Source: Leucoraja ocellata (lineage: Eukaryota). Taken from it: 64,000 bases of DNA. The stretch covers positions 7,564,001-7,628,000 of the forward strand of contig JAWMAR010000030.1 in NCBI GenBank assembly GCA_036785375.1, in the 5' to 3' direction. The notes under the pieces were generated by a model that made no database searches, was not told the origin of the DNA, and was given only the letters and a program-made list of their open reading frames with translations. Below are positions 12,701-27,700 of this stretch, one piece after another. Each line of letters starts with the position of its first letter. The stretch's first letter is position 1. The translations under genes and the position numbers were made by a program.

Positions 12701-15700
12701 GTTGAACAAGCCTGTTAGTTCTTAGACAGGGTATAAGATCATCAGAAGCATCTGCTGTTACCATGGAGAGGTCCAGAGGTCCAACTAGGTTGGCCAGAGT
12801 CACAGAACCAGGGGAGCACTGTGGGCGGCACGGTGGTGTAGCAGTAGAGTTGCGGCCTACAGCGCTAGAGAACCTGGTTTGATCCTGACTACGAGTGCTG
12901 TCTGTATGGAGTTTGTACACTCTTCTCATGACCACGTGGGTTTTCTCCGGGATCTTCAGTTTCCTCCCACACACCCATCACCGCATACAGGTTTGTAGGT
13001 TAATTGGCTTGTATAAATTTTAAATTGTCCCCAGTTTGTGCAGGACAGTGTTAGAGGGATCGCTAATCGATGCAGACTCAGTACGCTGAAGGGCCTGTTT
13101 CCTTGCTGTATCTGTAAACCAGAGGTGCCCTGAGACCACTTATCTCCGAACTGTAAGTATCGATCCATTTTGTAGTTGGCATCAATAGCTCTTGGCTATT
13201 CAGAGGGTTTTCATAAATGTGAATGTTAGATAATTAATCATTATCATAGTTCCTATGCGATAGGACATTTTGAAATGAAGCTGGTATCGTTGCTGTAAAG
13301 CAGAGGAGGTTTGGGGAGAGAAATCTTTTGAGAAAATAGCGAGGAATTGATTCCACTATCAGGGTGACTAATCAATGGATTATAGGCTTAGGATAATCGG
13401 CGAGGAACTAGAGAGCAGATGCAGAAATGTTTTTAATGCAAAATGTTTGTGCTGCCTGAAAGGGCAGAGGAAGCAGGTTGAACAGTAATTATGAAAAGAG
13501 AACTGGATGTATATTGGAAGGGAAAATGTTTATAAGGCATGGGGGTGGGGGGGGTTTAGCACAAACCATGCTGAGTACCTGAGATAAAATGCATCGTATT
13601 GTTAATGAATAATACCATTGAATTTGCCTCTCACTTGAATTATTATTCAAGTAGAATGTACCCCATTATGACAAGTGACATTGTATTTGATTAGCTGGAG
13701 TACAATTCAGTATTATGACTTTTGTAATATATAAAGCTGTTCCGAACAGTGACATAGGTACCAGACAGGAAAGGGAAAGAAACCGAAGGACTGCACAGAC
13801 TAGTAGGTGATGGGCACTGTGAACTGTTATATTACAATAAAGGCGACAATTGATTATGGCTTGTTAGCTTTCACAACCCTAAAATTAAAACTCTCTAGCT
13901 ACAAGGATATTGTGGTCAGGGCAGAGTGCCTAAAGCAGCCAGTGAAGGTTGTGCCTGATTTTGATCGTTGGTGGTTTGATACCTGGGTTAGTTGTGAGTA
14001 CAAGCAGGGTTTGCTTGCAGCAGAGTTAGAGAAGCAAGAAATTGTATCCTGATATCAGGTGAATTACTGTAGCCTCTCAATCTCAAATAATAATATTTCA
14101 CCACTGAATATTGAATTCTTGCTTTTTGTCATTTATGAAAATCCCACTGCAGAGCTGATGGTGATTTGAGTATGTGTAAAACACGTTTTATTCCTGCCAA
14201 AGTTGAAATACCACTCAATATCCCCACTGCCCACTGCATGAAAGTTCACTCCATAGGAAGACTTACTCGCGATCTACAACCAAGCACTGGGTATCATCAT
14301 CATCTGCAATTATGTTTGCAGAACGGAGATCGTCGCTGCGTAAGGAGAGAAAAGAAAGATGTTGCGATCAGATTAGGGCTGATTTTCTGATCTGACTTTT
14401 TCATTTGTGAAATCGCTTTCAGAATTCACATTTCTATTTAAATGTCCTCAATGTACTTGTAATGTAATGTTAATAGAATATTTTGAATATCGTTTCAAAT
14501 GTATACAATTAAAGCAGTTAAGGAATACAGTGTTGTCACCCGATTCTACAAATGTGTTCTAGTTACATCCCAACTCTTTGCTTATCCCAAAGATGTATAA
14601 AGCATTATCAGGATGAAGATATGAACATATTATTTCAGAGCAGGAGTAGGCACATTATCTTAGCATTGCAAAACAAATATTTATGATTTGGTCTCAATTC
14701 TTCCACAGAGGACTTGTTACCTCATCCATTCAATTAGTTTTGATGTAAGGTGTGGTCAATGCATTCTTTACATTCAAACACTTGGTCTTTATGAACTGAG
14801 CAATCAAGCAAGGCATCGCAAAAGAAAGAAGCAGAGAAAAGAGCTGGGGGTTGATTAAAGGGATTAGTTGGGGATGGAGTCAATAGACAGCTCAAATGAA
14901 GAAGTCAGCTATGAGCGGTAGGAGTCTTGAGCCCTCAGAATGAAGGATAGATTAAGGCATAAATGCTCTCTATACATTGAGACGTACTTAGGTGGACACT
15001 TATGCTGTAGACTATATGGCTACATCCTGAACAAAATACAAAGTTGCGGAGGAACTCAATGGGTCAAGCAACATCTGTGGAGGGAATGGACATGTGATTT
15101 TCAGGACTGGACCTATCCTCCAGCATCTGAAGTTCCTTGTTCAGGTTAACATTGTATGGATGGGCTGAATGTGCTAAAGAAAAGTCTATAAATGGGCTGA
15201 ATGTGCAATAAGGACAAAAGAGTCAGTAATATGTTCCACTTTCTGCCGTGAATCAAGAGCTCACAAAATAAAAGCCGCCCACAACTCTATCCGGGTGCAT
15301 TTGTTTAGTATCTCACGTGCTCTGGCTGTATGATGAATAAGAAAGCTGCCTTGTTCCACCAAGTGTCAAACTGCCATTTATAAAGCAGCTCATTTACTAA
15401 TTATTGTGTTGTCCTGATCTTGTAATTTTCACTTTGTTCTACTCAGGCATTTTGTAGAATAGTATTTCTCTGTCATAAGCTGAAATTAAAACTCTGTGAT
15501 ACCACAAAGACTTAAAACAATGACTAGCAATATGAAGAACATAATGTTTGTGAAGTATGATTGCTATTTTGCACATTCACAACTCTTCCTTGCAGAAGAG
15601 TGCGTGGAGAAACTCGGATTAGCAGTGTGACAGAGGAGCCACAGCTGATGTTATATCATTGTTTGCTTCACTAGACTATAGAGCAAATGGGGGAAGGTTC

Positions 15701-18700
15701 CTAAGCTGATAATGATCTGCCAGGAGCCTAAGTCTATGTTTCTTTCACAGCACAGGTTAGTCAGCTCCAAGAATGTATTGAGTGATGCCAAAACTTAGTT
15801 CTGCAAATCAAGACTTGCACTAATTAAATCTTGTTTGCTGTTTCCTTTCCATTCAATCCCAATTGATGGGATTTCATGCACTGCATACTGACGTACCTTA
15901 TTAATGCTTTTTCTCCAAAGTATTCTCCTGCCTTTAATTTCTTAATTTCTTGTGGTTCTTCATCTCCCTCTCTTGTCTGTGTCACCTGGACCTGTTCAGG
16001 GTCAATAAAACCACAAGAGTCCTCACATCTTTCAATAGCAGATAGATACAAATGCACATTAACAGAAACAGCTTCTATTTCAGAACAACTTGTCACATTG
16101 CTAATTGATAATCTGGCAACATGGCAGTTATTGCATTTGTGTGTTTCCTCTCTTATCATCATCATCATTGTTGAAAACATCAACGGGCATGGTGCCTTAC
16201 AATGCCGTGTACGACAGTGATCGCAACTTCTACTGAAGTGTGGATGGCCATTGGCTCGCTAGGAACTCATCTGCCCTTTGACTGGTCTTGTTTTTGGACC
16301 GTCTGGGGGTCCACAGCCCCCTCGTCCCCAGGTGGCGGAGACGGTTTAGTGGCCGACTATCCGATCATTGAACAGGTAGCACGGGATTACATGGTACCCG
16401 TGGCGGTGGGAACTCCCCCCAACCTGACCTCTCTTAGATTGCGACGAAAAATGATGCAAGACTTTGAAAATGGCTTCAAACAGCACATTTTATATGTGGC
16501 ATTAGCACATAGGCACCTGCGGTACACTCAGCAAACAAAGTCACTCTGTTTATTTTGGTGGTTGGATTGAGGACGAAATTTCACTAAGGCATGTCCTTGC
16601 ACTTATTTATAGTTTTTTAGACACCTTTTAAACTCACGCTGTAGATTGCACCACCAGAAATGCAAAAAATTGCAACCACTCTTACATCAATCAATCAGTT
16701 TAGATTATACAATCAAGATTAGAATGCAAGTTGGTTCATTCATTTACTAATACACAGACAACTGCTATCACAAAACGCAGTAAATCCTCCTTCAAAAAAA
16801 GATCCAAGAATTATTGCCCTTAGCGGGATCACATCTCATAGCAATGGGACTCCACAGATAAATTCATGAATATACATCATCTCCTACCTTTCCTTTTGCA
16901 ATAATGAAGAAGGTGCTACCTTGCTCTCCTTGACGAATGATATAATCGCCCTTATCGTAGTAATCCTAGCAGAGATGGAGAGATTGAACATTACTACGGC
17001 ATTGAAGGTAGATAGTAAAAAATGATGGATTAGGCATAGGAATAGATATGCTACTGGCATCATTTGCAAGCCTGTAGTGATCTAGGAAGATAAATATTTT
17101 GTTTATACTTCATGGTACTAGGCTCCTTATAGCTCCAAATTCCAACTCATAGACAAATGATGGGTATGGCCTTTTCTGATCTGTGTAACTTGAATGAAGA
17201 GCCTGTCCTGAAAAGCCCAGCCAGTTTAGGTCATTATCGTGTGCACCCAGATAGAGTAAAAAGCTTTTTTGTTCGAAAGACAATACATGATTACAATCAA
17301 GCTGGCCACAGGCAATAACGCTGATTATACCTTTTTATTATTTTTTCTAGGGATGTGGGCTTTGGAAGTTGAGGTAACATGGAACTACCCAAGGTACACA
17401 AAATTGCTGGAGAAACTCAGCGGGTGCAGCAGCATCTATGGAGCGAAGAAAATAGGTGACGTTTCGGGCCGAAACCCTTCTTCAGACCCTTCTTCATGGA
17501 ACTACCCATTCCTGATTGCACCGATTTCTGGCAGGTGGGACTAGTGTAGCTGGGACATGTTGGGCAAGTTGGGCCGAAGGGCCTGTTTCCACACTATATC
17601 ATTCTATGACTCTGACACTGGAGAAGGTGGTGGTTATTGAATATCTGCAGTCCTTGAGGTTTTGTAAGGGAGGATGTTCCAGGATTTTGACCCAGTGAGT
17701 GAAGGAATTGTGATATATTTCCAAGTCAGGAAGGCATGTGACCTGGAGGGTGACTTCCAGTTTGTAGTGTTCCCATGTTTTTGTTTCCCTTGTTCTTCCA
17801 CCTGGTAAAGATTGTAGGCTTGGAAGGTGCTCTCCAAGGAGTCTTGGTGAGTGGCTGCAATGCATCCCGTAGATGGTAGAAACTGCTGCTACTGGGCAGC
17901 GATGATGAAATGAGTGAATAGTTGTGGATAGGCTGCCTATCGGGCAGGCTGCTTCGCCCTGGGTGGTGTTGAGGTTTTTGAGTGTTGATGATGCTGCACA
18001 CATCAAGACAAATGGAGAGTATTCCATCACACTCCTGGTTCGAACCTTGTGGATGGTGGACAGGCTTAAAGCCCTGTCCCACGGTACAAGTTCATTCCAA
18101 GAGCTCTCCCGAGTTTTAAAAAAACTCAAACTCGTGGTAGGCACGGAGAATGAACGTAGTGGGTACGTTGGAGCTCGGGTACGTCTCTTACCGGCTCGTA
18201 ACACGAATGGCAGGTACTCAGCAAGACTCACTAACGGCAGGTAAGCACGGGAAGACTCGTGAAAATTTTTCAACATGTCCACGAGAGCCCCGAGTACCGA
18301 CGAGTGGCCATTACTGTAAATCTCCGAGTTCGAATCTGGGCAAACTCAGGAGAGCTCTTGGAATGAACTTGTACCGTGGGACAGGGCTTTTCGGTGAGCT
18401 AGGAGGTGAGTAACTCACTGCAGGAATCCTAGCTTCCCACCTACTTTTGTAACCACATTGTGTATATATACATAATATAATATCCATATATGTCCACTCC
18501 AGTTCAGTTTTTGTCAACAGTAGCCCCCAGGAAATTGATAGTGGGAGGTTCAATGATAATAATCATGGTCAAATCCCATCCATCACTTTGCTGATGATCG
18601 GGAGGAGATGAATGGGCGGTGGCAGGCAGATCTGCTTCTTGTGGACAAGTCAGATAGATATAGATATATATAGATATGCCATTTATTGTCACTATACATG

Positions 18701-21700
18701 TACAGTGAAACTGAAAGCTGCTCGTACTCAGTGCATACATACAATTTAGCACAAAAAACAAGAAACAGAAAAAAAAAAAAAAAAAAAAAAACAGAAGGGA
18801 GATGGGGGGGGGGGGGAGGACATATATACATATATCATATATACATATATACAGATGGAAGTCCGTGTTGGGCGGTGTAGTCAGTGCATGTGTGAATTTG
18901 AATTTATGGTAGATATAATTCTCGGAAAGCAACTATTCCTGAGTCTGTTTGTCCTGGATTTGATGCACCTATAGCGCCTTCCAGAGGGCAGCAGGTCGAA
19001 CAGTCCAAACGCAGGATGGGAGCTGTCTTTGATGATCTTCTTTGCCCTGCTAAGGCAGCGGGAGGTGTAGATGTCCATCAGGGAGAGGAGAGGGCAGCCA
19101 ATGATCCTCTGCGCTGTCCTGGTTACCAGGCTGGTCAATGTTCCACAAGGTCATATAGGGTGACACACTGGTGCAGTGGTAGAGTTGCTTCCTTACAGCG
19201 CTAGAAACCTGGGTTCGACCCTGACTACGGCTGCTGTCTGTACGGAGTTTGTACGTTCTCCCCCCCCGTGACCTGCATGGGTTTCCTCCGAGATCTTCGG
19301 TTTCCTCCCACACTCCAAAGACGTACAGGTTTGTAGGTTACTTGGCTTGGTATAAATATAAAACTGCCCCTAGTGTGTGTAGGATTGTGTTAATGTGCGG
19401 TGATCGCATGTCAGTGCAGACTCGGTGGGCCGAGGAGACTGTTACTGCGCTGTATCTCTAAACTAAATTTCAAGAAGTTGCTGTGTTGAAGCTATACTTG
19501 AACAGCATGGACACGGGTGCGGCAGGTTCCGGAGTACAAGCCTTAAGCACAATAGTCGGAATGTTGCCAGGGCTCGTAGCCTTTTATGTCACATGCAGTG
19601 CATTGAATTGGCTGCAAATTGACATCTATCATGCTGGGAATCACTGGAGGAGGTCAAGCTGGACTATTTAGTTAAAGTATTCAATAGGAGGTCTAAGTAG
19701 TATTAAAATAACTTTATCAAGTCAAGCTGAAAGAACCCGACATAAAAAACCCTTTCATATTGAAATCTTGTGTTATTGGTGGGCACAAACTATACAAGTG
19801 TTTCTACTAGTGTTTGATATAGATGTTTATAGGTGGCATTTGATACCACAACAGCAACATATGAAGAAAATAGTAGATGCAAGGAACTGCAGATGCTGCT
19901 TTTACAAAAAACACACAATGTGTTGGAGTAATGTTGGGTCAGGCAGCATATCTGGAGAATGGGGATAGGTGATGTCTCGGGTTGCGACCCTTCTTCATGC
20001 AGAAAAAAATTGTAGAAAATTGGGGAAATTTGACATTTGCCCCTTTGATGCCCCGATAGCAAGATGAACATCCCAATGGATTTAACATAATCAAAAACCC
20101 TTACAGCAAAGGAAATTGTATAATTTACAGCAAATTGTATCACTTTCTTCCCTCTAGTAACTGGCTGGCGCTGAAGATTTACGTTTCAACGCTGAAGGCC
20201 ACAATTTGATATCTTGACAAACTTAACCCTGAAGAATTCCCAATAATTTTGGTCATCTACATATCTGACTTGGAGAAAAACTGCTCCAGCTTTGTTGGTT
20301 TATTACTGTAACGAAAAATAGTTAAACACTACTTTGCCTGCATGCAATCCAGTCAAATCATACAATACAAGATTGTAAAAAGTGCAAGGCTTGCAATGAG
20401 GTAGATGGGGAGATCAGGACAACACCCTTTGCTTATGAGAGGATAGTTTAGCTTATCTGGTCGTATGGGCTTTCAAACTTTTGTATCTTCTGCCCTATAG
20501 AAAAGTGAAGAACAGGGAACGACTGGGGTTTAAATGACCTTTGGTTAAATTGGCTACTTTCCCAAGGCAGAGTGAAGTGCAGATGGAATCGATGCGGGAA
20601 AGGCTGGTTTGTGTGATGGACTGGGCTACATCCAAAACTCTCTTGCGATCTTGGCCAGATCTGTTGGTCAACAAAGTTGGGATTTATCCCAATAAGATGC
20701 TTTCTACGGTGAGGAGACCCTTCACACAGACTGAGTGTCTTGTGAATGTTCTTCCTAGTGGCCAAATAACAATCCATTCACTTGACATCTCAGATGGTTT
20801 AGCCAATAAGGAATTTGATATCTGACATTATACTTCGTTCTTGTGACAACAAAGGAGGAAGATGACTGAACTGTATTGCCTTCCATCACAGTGAGGACTG
20901 TGGTGGATGTTTACGTTAAACTTGATTTTATGTACTGTGTATATTTTTGCTTTTTACTTAGTATGGCTGCAAGGTGGCTCAAATTCCACTGTACCTTAAT
21001 TGGTACGTGACAATGAAATTGAATCGTGAATCTTGAATGCTTCTTTAAAAGCCCATGAATGTGTCAATTGGAATTCATGATTGTGACATGCCACAATATT
21101 AGTACATCCTGAATATAATCAAATATGCTCTTGAAAAACCTTCAAAACTAAAGAAAATGTACTCACAACTTCAAGACAATCAACAATCTTGGACAACTTC
21201 TCTTCGGGCAAGCCTTTCAATATCGAAACACTACATAATAAATATACAAATGTTTTTAAAATTGCATTATGTCAATAGAAACTTATTCCACATCCAGCAC
21301 TAACAATAAGCTCTGTATTTCCTCAGATCTGTACGTAAACATAACACAAGAAACATTATTTTCTCTACTCAGAGACCCTAGCTATCTGGGAAAGTACCTT
21401 GAGATGGGTTTTGGGCAGATGGATGGGTTTGTCAAACAAACACATGGATTAGATGCAGCTTGCAGCAGCACAGGGTGGCAGAGCAGCAGCAGAGAACACT
21501 GATATCATTGCCAGGTCAGTCAACCCCTACAAATTCGACCCAGCGCTGCCACCAAGACAGCAGGCATTTAAGGCCAAGATAAAACTGCATTTTTAAGAAT
21601 TTTGAAGGTACAAGATGGCGGCAGAAACATGGTGGCTCTTGCGTACTGCCTCAGTATAATCTACTAATCTAACACTCTGTACTTAGGTATGATTGTGTTT

Positions 21701-24700
21701 ATGTGCAGTAAGATTTTATTGAAGTGTATGCAAACAAAACAAACTCTTGGGTGCATGTGACCATAAAGCCCCATTAAACCATTTTCATCAAGATTTAAAT
21801 CTATGGAATGAAAAGAGACACAATGGAAAGTGATAGAAAACATTAATAATAAATTCAATCATGGCTGATCTATCTTTCCCTCCGATCCTCTGGGCTTTAT
21901 TTATAAATATAATACAAAAGGTATTCTACATTGTCCTATCTGGGACACATGACAATAAAACTCCCTTGACTCTTGAAAGGTATAAATAAGGTTTCATGAT
22001 GAAACTTTATAAAACACTGGCTCAGTTACGTTTGGAGGGTCTAAGGAAGGATGCAGAGATGGTTGTCTGAAGCAGCCGGGGGCTTCCAGCTCTCACCTGC
22101 TGAGGAAGTTGAAGTATTTCCTATTCCTTGCCTGTGCTGTTTCCATCATGATGCTTTGGAAAACCTGACGATCCAGAACCCAAATCCAAGACTCTGTCAC
22201 AGCTGAAAAAGTTACGGGCGATAGATCAGTTAATAAATATCGGAGAGACCAAATCATAGTTATAGATTAACTTTAGAGAAGATTGATATCTCTGTAATCT
22301 AACTATAAAAGGAATATTTCACATTTTTCCCTGATTAGCTCGCACCAACACCATGGAATTTCTTCGCCTGTCTGAAGCATGTCAGAGTTGAAACCTTCCA
22401 CCTGAGCTGGCCAGCTGGTTGTCTCTCTGAAGTGAGATCGTCTTTTAGATTCATAGAGCCATGCAGCATGGAAACGGACCCTTTGGCCTAACTTACCTAT
22501 GCCGGCCAAGATGCCCCATCAACACTAGTACCACCTCCCCATGTTTGGCCTATATCTCTCTAAATTTTTTCTATCCATGTTCCTGTCCAGATGTCTTATA
22601 AATGTTGTTATACTACCAGCCTTAACTACCTCTTCTGCCAGCTCATTCCATATACCCGCTACCCTGTGTGGAAAAGTTGCTCCTCAGGTTCCTAATAAAT
22701 GTTTCCCCTCTCACCTTAACCCAATGTCCCTTATTCTGGATAAAATACTTGTTCATTCACCCTGACTATTCCCCTTGTGATCTTATACATCCCCCCCCAT
22801 CCTCCTGCACTCTAAGGAATAAAGCCCAAGCTTGCCCAACCTCTCCCTGTAGCTTAGGCCCTCAAGTCCTGGCCAAATCCTTTAAAATCTCTTCTGCACT
22901 CTTTCTATCTTAACAACATCCTCCGTCAACCATTCCTCAACCCACTTGCCTGGTTGATCACGATCCTGATGTAATTTTGATAACCATGTTCTCTATCTAA
23001 AACACTACCTTTAGTGTCATCTGTAAACTTACTATTTATGCCTTTTACATACTCACCCAAATCATTAATATAAACCACAAACAGCAGTGGGCCCAGCACC
23101 GATTCCTGAGCCACACTATTAGTTACAGGCCGCCTCGAAACAACTTTTCATCATCATCCACTTCTTCCTTCCGTTAAGCCCATTCTCTATCCAGTAGGCT
23201 AACTCTCCCTGGATCCCATGCAATCTAACCTTCCACAGTAGCCCCCCATGGTAAAACCTTAGCAAAAGCTTTTCTGGTCCATATAGATGACGTCGACAGT
23301 TTTGCCCTCATTGATCTTTTTGATTACTTCTTCAAAAAATTCAATCAGATTTGTAAGACACATGTTCCCATGAACAAAACCATGCTGACTATCCCTAATC
23401 AGCCCATCTATCCAAATGCATAAACATCTTATCCCTTAGAATCCTCTCTAGCAACAGGCCTATCACAGATGTTAGGCTCACTGTTCTTATGTTTCCTTAT
23501 ATTCTATATTCGTCCACCATTCAATGCAGCATCTAAGATTCTTCCCCAAAAGAAGGTACAACTGTCCTTGTGAAGTTCCCCAAAGCTGAGGTTAAAATCT
23601 GTCACCTTGGATGGGAGACTTCTATGAAAACTGTTGGGTAAATTATTAAATTCATGAGCTGACATAATATAATTATCGGTTGTTGTCAATGAAGAATTAA
23701 GTTGTAGTTACGTTGGGATATTTAAGCAGCCCACTTTTGTGTGCACCAATCAGCACTTGAAATATAAAATGCGGTGCTATTCTGTGCCATTATCTGCCTT
23801 TGTCATTGAGTCATCCATTCATGCTCACACCATCAGGATAGGCACCGAGTCCAGCATTAGTTATAGATCTTCAGCTTGACACACATATTCAGTTCGTTGG
23901 TGCAGAATTTGACATTGACATTGACTGGATCAGAGCAGCTTCTCCACACCACTCCCAGTTTGCGTGTCAGCTCTGCACTTACAGAGAGAGGAGAGGAGTG
24001 AGAGAAAGACCAACACTCACAGAGATCTAGCTTTCGTTACCTTTAACAGTAGCAGTCCTTTTGCAGTTGTAGAGAATTGCAAGCTCGCCAAAGGCTGTTC
24101 CTGGTTGCATCTGTCCCAACAGTTTGCCATTCTGCATAACTTCCAAAATCCCTTCTGTAAAAGTATAGTTAACATTTATTTGCAGTAACATTCAATGTTC
24201 AAAATTAAATTGTGCAGGAACGAACTGCAGATACTGGGTTATACCGAAGACAGACACAAAATACTGGAGAAACTCAGCGGGTCAGAAGAAAAGGAATAGG
24301 TGACGTTTCAGTTCGAAACCTTTCTTCAGATTGAAAGCAGACACGGGGTGTTGCAGAATTCCCGTCAGAGAGAAGAGGAGAAGTTCCTAAAAGTAGGCAT
24401 ACCTTGAGGAGATATCGCAGTGGAGCAGACAAAATGTGTAAGAAAGAACTGCAGATGCTAGTTTATACCACATATACCACAGGCTCTCAGTCTGAAGAAG
24501 GGTTCCGACCCGAAACATCACTAATTCCTTTTCTCCAGAGATGCTGCCTGACCCGTGAATTACTCCAGCATTTTGCAACAATATTCAAAGTTACCTCAAT
24601 CAGAGACTGACGTCAGGTTGTAATGGATGTCTAAATCTCATAACAGGTGCACTGCTTTAAATTAGCTTTCATTATTGCACAGTCCACTATCCAATTTTAT

Positions 24701-27700
24701 TTTAGCATTGTTAGGCTTCATCTTCAGCTTAATGATTGATTATACAATTAGCACCTTTCAATGAACACCACAGAATCAGCACCATGTCGAAAACTGTTCA
24801 GCCCAAATCGTTGGTGCTGCAGCCAACCTCCTCCCACTTCCATCTTTTCAAATCAACAGATTGCTTCTCTGTCTCGAGTGTTCAGGCAGTTTTTTCTTTT
24901 ATCAACACAATCACCTCAACTATTCGCCATTAGAATAGATTTCAAATTCTCATCACTCTCTGGGTAAAGATTTTGCCCGCACACCCTACTGGATGAACTG
25001 TGATTGTTTCATGTTTTTGACGTTGACTTCTGGACCCTCAGATAAGTGGATACATCGTTGCAATGTCTGTCCGATTAAACCGTTGCTTTGTTTCATAGAT
25101 CTCCATCACATCCCTTCTCAATTATTCCTCTTTAAAAAGAAAAGCCGCAAAATGAAGATTCCAGTTTTATTTTATAACTTAAATATTCAGGAATTCCACG
25201 AAGGAGCCAAAGAGAAACGTATAAAATGATGAGAGGCAAAGATAGGATATACGGTCAAGACCTTTTTTGCCAGGATGGGGAAAAAAAACAAATACTTGAG
25301 GGCATAGCTTTAACGTGAGAGGGGCAAAGTTTAAAAGAGATATACGGAGCAAGTGATTTTACACGGAGGGCCGTGGATGTATGGAACTCACTTCCGGGGT
25401 TGGTTGTGGAGGCCGATACAAAAGTGGCAGTTACTGTAAGAGGCTTTTAGACAGGTACATGGATATGCAGGTAATAGAGGGATATATAGTCAGATGAGAT
25501 TAGTTTATCTAGGCATATTGGGCAGACATTGTGTGCCAAAGGCCTGTTCCTGTGCAGTACTGCTATGCTCTATATTCTATGTTCTAGATCATTACATTGC
25601 CATTTATCCAATCAACAAACAACAAGATTATTAAAACACATAACAAGAGTATGGAACCAGAGGACATTATCCTAAAATCAACACCAATGTTGTTTAGGAG
25701 TACTTAAAGATAGCGGAGTCATGGGATATGGCAAGAATGCAGGAACAGGGTACTGATTGTGGATGAGCAGCCATGATCATATTGAGTGGCGGTGCTGGCT
25801 CGAAGGGCCGAATGGCCTACTCCTGCACCTATTGTCTATTATCACTTACACGCAAATGGTGAAAACCTGAAATCTTCTCAGAAGACTGGAGGATGGATTT
25901 TAATAGATGTTATAAGGAGCAAATTCAGGTTCATGAAGGTGACATGTAGATCGGCCTAAAGGACAGGCACCCTTTACATCAAGCATTAATACAATGAGAT
26001 AGACACAAACTGCTGGAGTAACTCAGCGGGACAGGCAGCATCTCTGGAAAGACGGAATGGGTGACCTTTCGGGTCGAGATCCTTCTTCAGACTGAGAGTC
26101 AGGGGAGGGGGAGACTAAAGATATGGAAGGGTAAGATGTGAAAACGCAGATCAAAGCAGACGATGATCAAGGAAGTTTAGAATGGTTCTAATGGTTCAAT
26201 ATGATGAGGCCCACCTGCTAGAACATAGAGGTGGTTTCCTTGCTCTCCCTCCTGGATGACGAGATCTGTTTCTTGGTAGCTCCTCTCGTACATGCATTCC
26301 ACTATCTCCCTCACATGCTGCGATTCCAGCTTCTTCAGGAATTCGTTGTGCATTATCGCATCGGTTATCAGTTTCTTCAAGCTGCACAATATAATCCTCA
26401 GGTGATCACAAACATCCCTAGTGGTAATCATCACAAAAACATTCCACGTACATTACCCTCCTGTATTTAGCAATTAACACTGAGTGGAAGGGAAATTTTT
26501 GATATTTCATGTTGGATGCAGGAGAGACTGCAAATGCTGGAATCTGGAACAAAGTTCATAAATTTAAAATTTCATAATTTATAGGAGCAGAATTAGTCCA
26601 TTCGATCCATCAAGTTTACTCTGCCATTCATTCATGGCTGATTTATCTTTCCCTCTCAACCCCATTCTCCTGCCTTCTCCCCATAACACCCGAGGAATGG
26701 CAAAGATCAGGCAGCATCTATGGAGGGAAGTGGACAGAGACATTGGAACCTTTCTTCAGATACTTATTTTTACTGTGCTGGAATCAAATTGAATGATTGC
26801 CACCATTGAGATTGGGACAGCCAAAAATGAGGAGCACACTTGCTTTCTGAGAAAGTCGCAAAGTGCTGGAGTAACACAGCAGGTTAGGCAGCATCCCTGG
26901 AGAAACGGGATGGGTCCAGACCTTTCATAGACTGGTCAGTTTGAGGAAGAGACCCAACCCAAAACTTCAACTATCCATGTTCTTCAGTGATGCTGCCTGA
27001 CCTGCTGATTTATTCCAGCACTTTGTGTCTTTTTTTGTTGCAAATCGGCATCTGTAGTTCATTATTTCTATTTGCTCCTTGAGGTGTTTTTTTTTTGGTC
27101 TGTATCCAATTCAAACTCATAATGCGAATCAAGATATCACCAGAACAAGTTCATATAGTCATATGAACCACCTCTCCACAGCCATGTGCTTTTGTTAAGT
27201 AAACAAACTCCCAATTTATGCATGGGCCTGAGGATTAAATAGGCCATTGGATGAATTATCAAACCTGATGGGGAAGCCCGAGGTAGTGTAAGAAAAATAG
27301 AAATACATGTTGTTGCCTTAATCTTCAATGCAGGGACCTTCATGTTCCAATGTATTTTACACACAATCTGGTACGTTATGTAGTACTTATGTTGCTATGT
27401 AGCTCAAACTATTATTTAAGGACAACAGACAGCTGTCATATGATAAATGACATATAGTGAGGTTTAATACTATTATGGATTAATATTGACCAGGATACTA
27501 GGAAACTATGGTAATCAATGTGCTGTTTACAGACAATGCGGATTGAGTGGAAGAAGACAGCTCCTTTGTTCTTTATGGTGTTTTTATACCAGAAAATTAA
27601 TAGTTTTTTTTAAATGTCACTGAATCTGGTCTGCAAGAAATCTCTAATCATTCCTACTGCAGAATGGGGAGAATCTTAGAGTTACAACCTCTTAGTAATT

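Noticed and set aside
17599-18282. 227-aa ORF
   Set aside because: MITE sequence fused to a decayed LINE RT fragment.
12822-19240. tRNA genes at about 12822 and 19165
   Set aside because: The A/B-box heads run into a SINE core and tail, and no complete cloverleaf is apparent.
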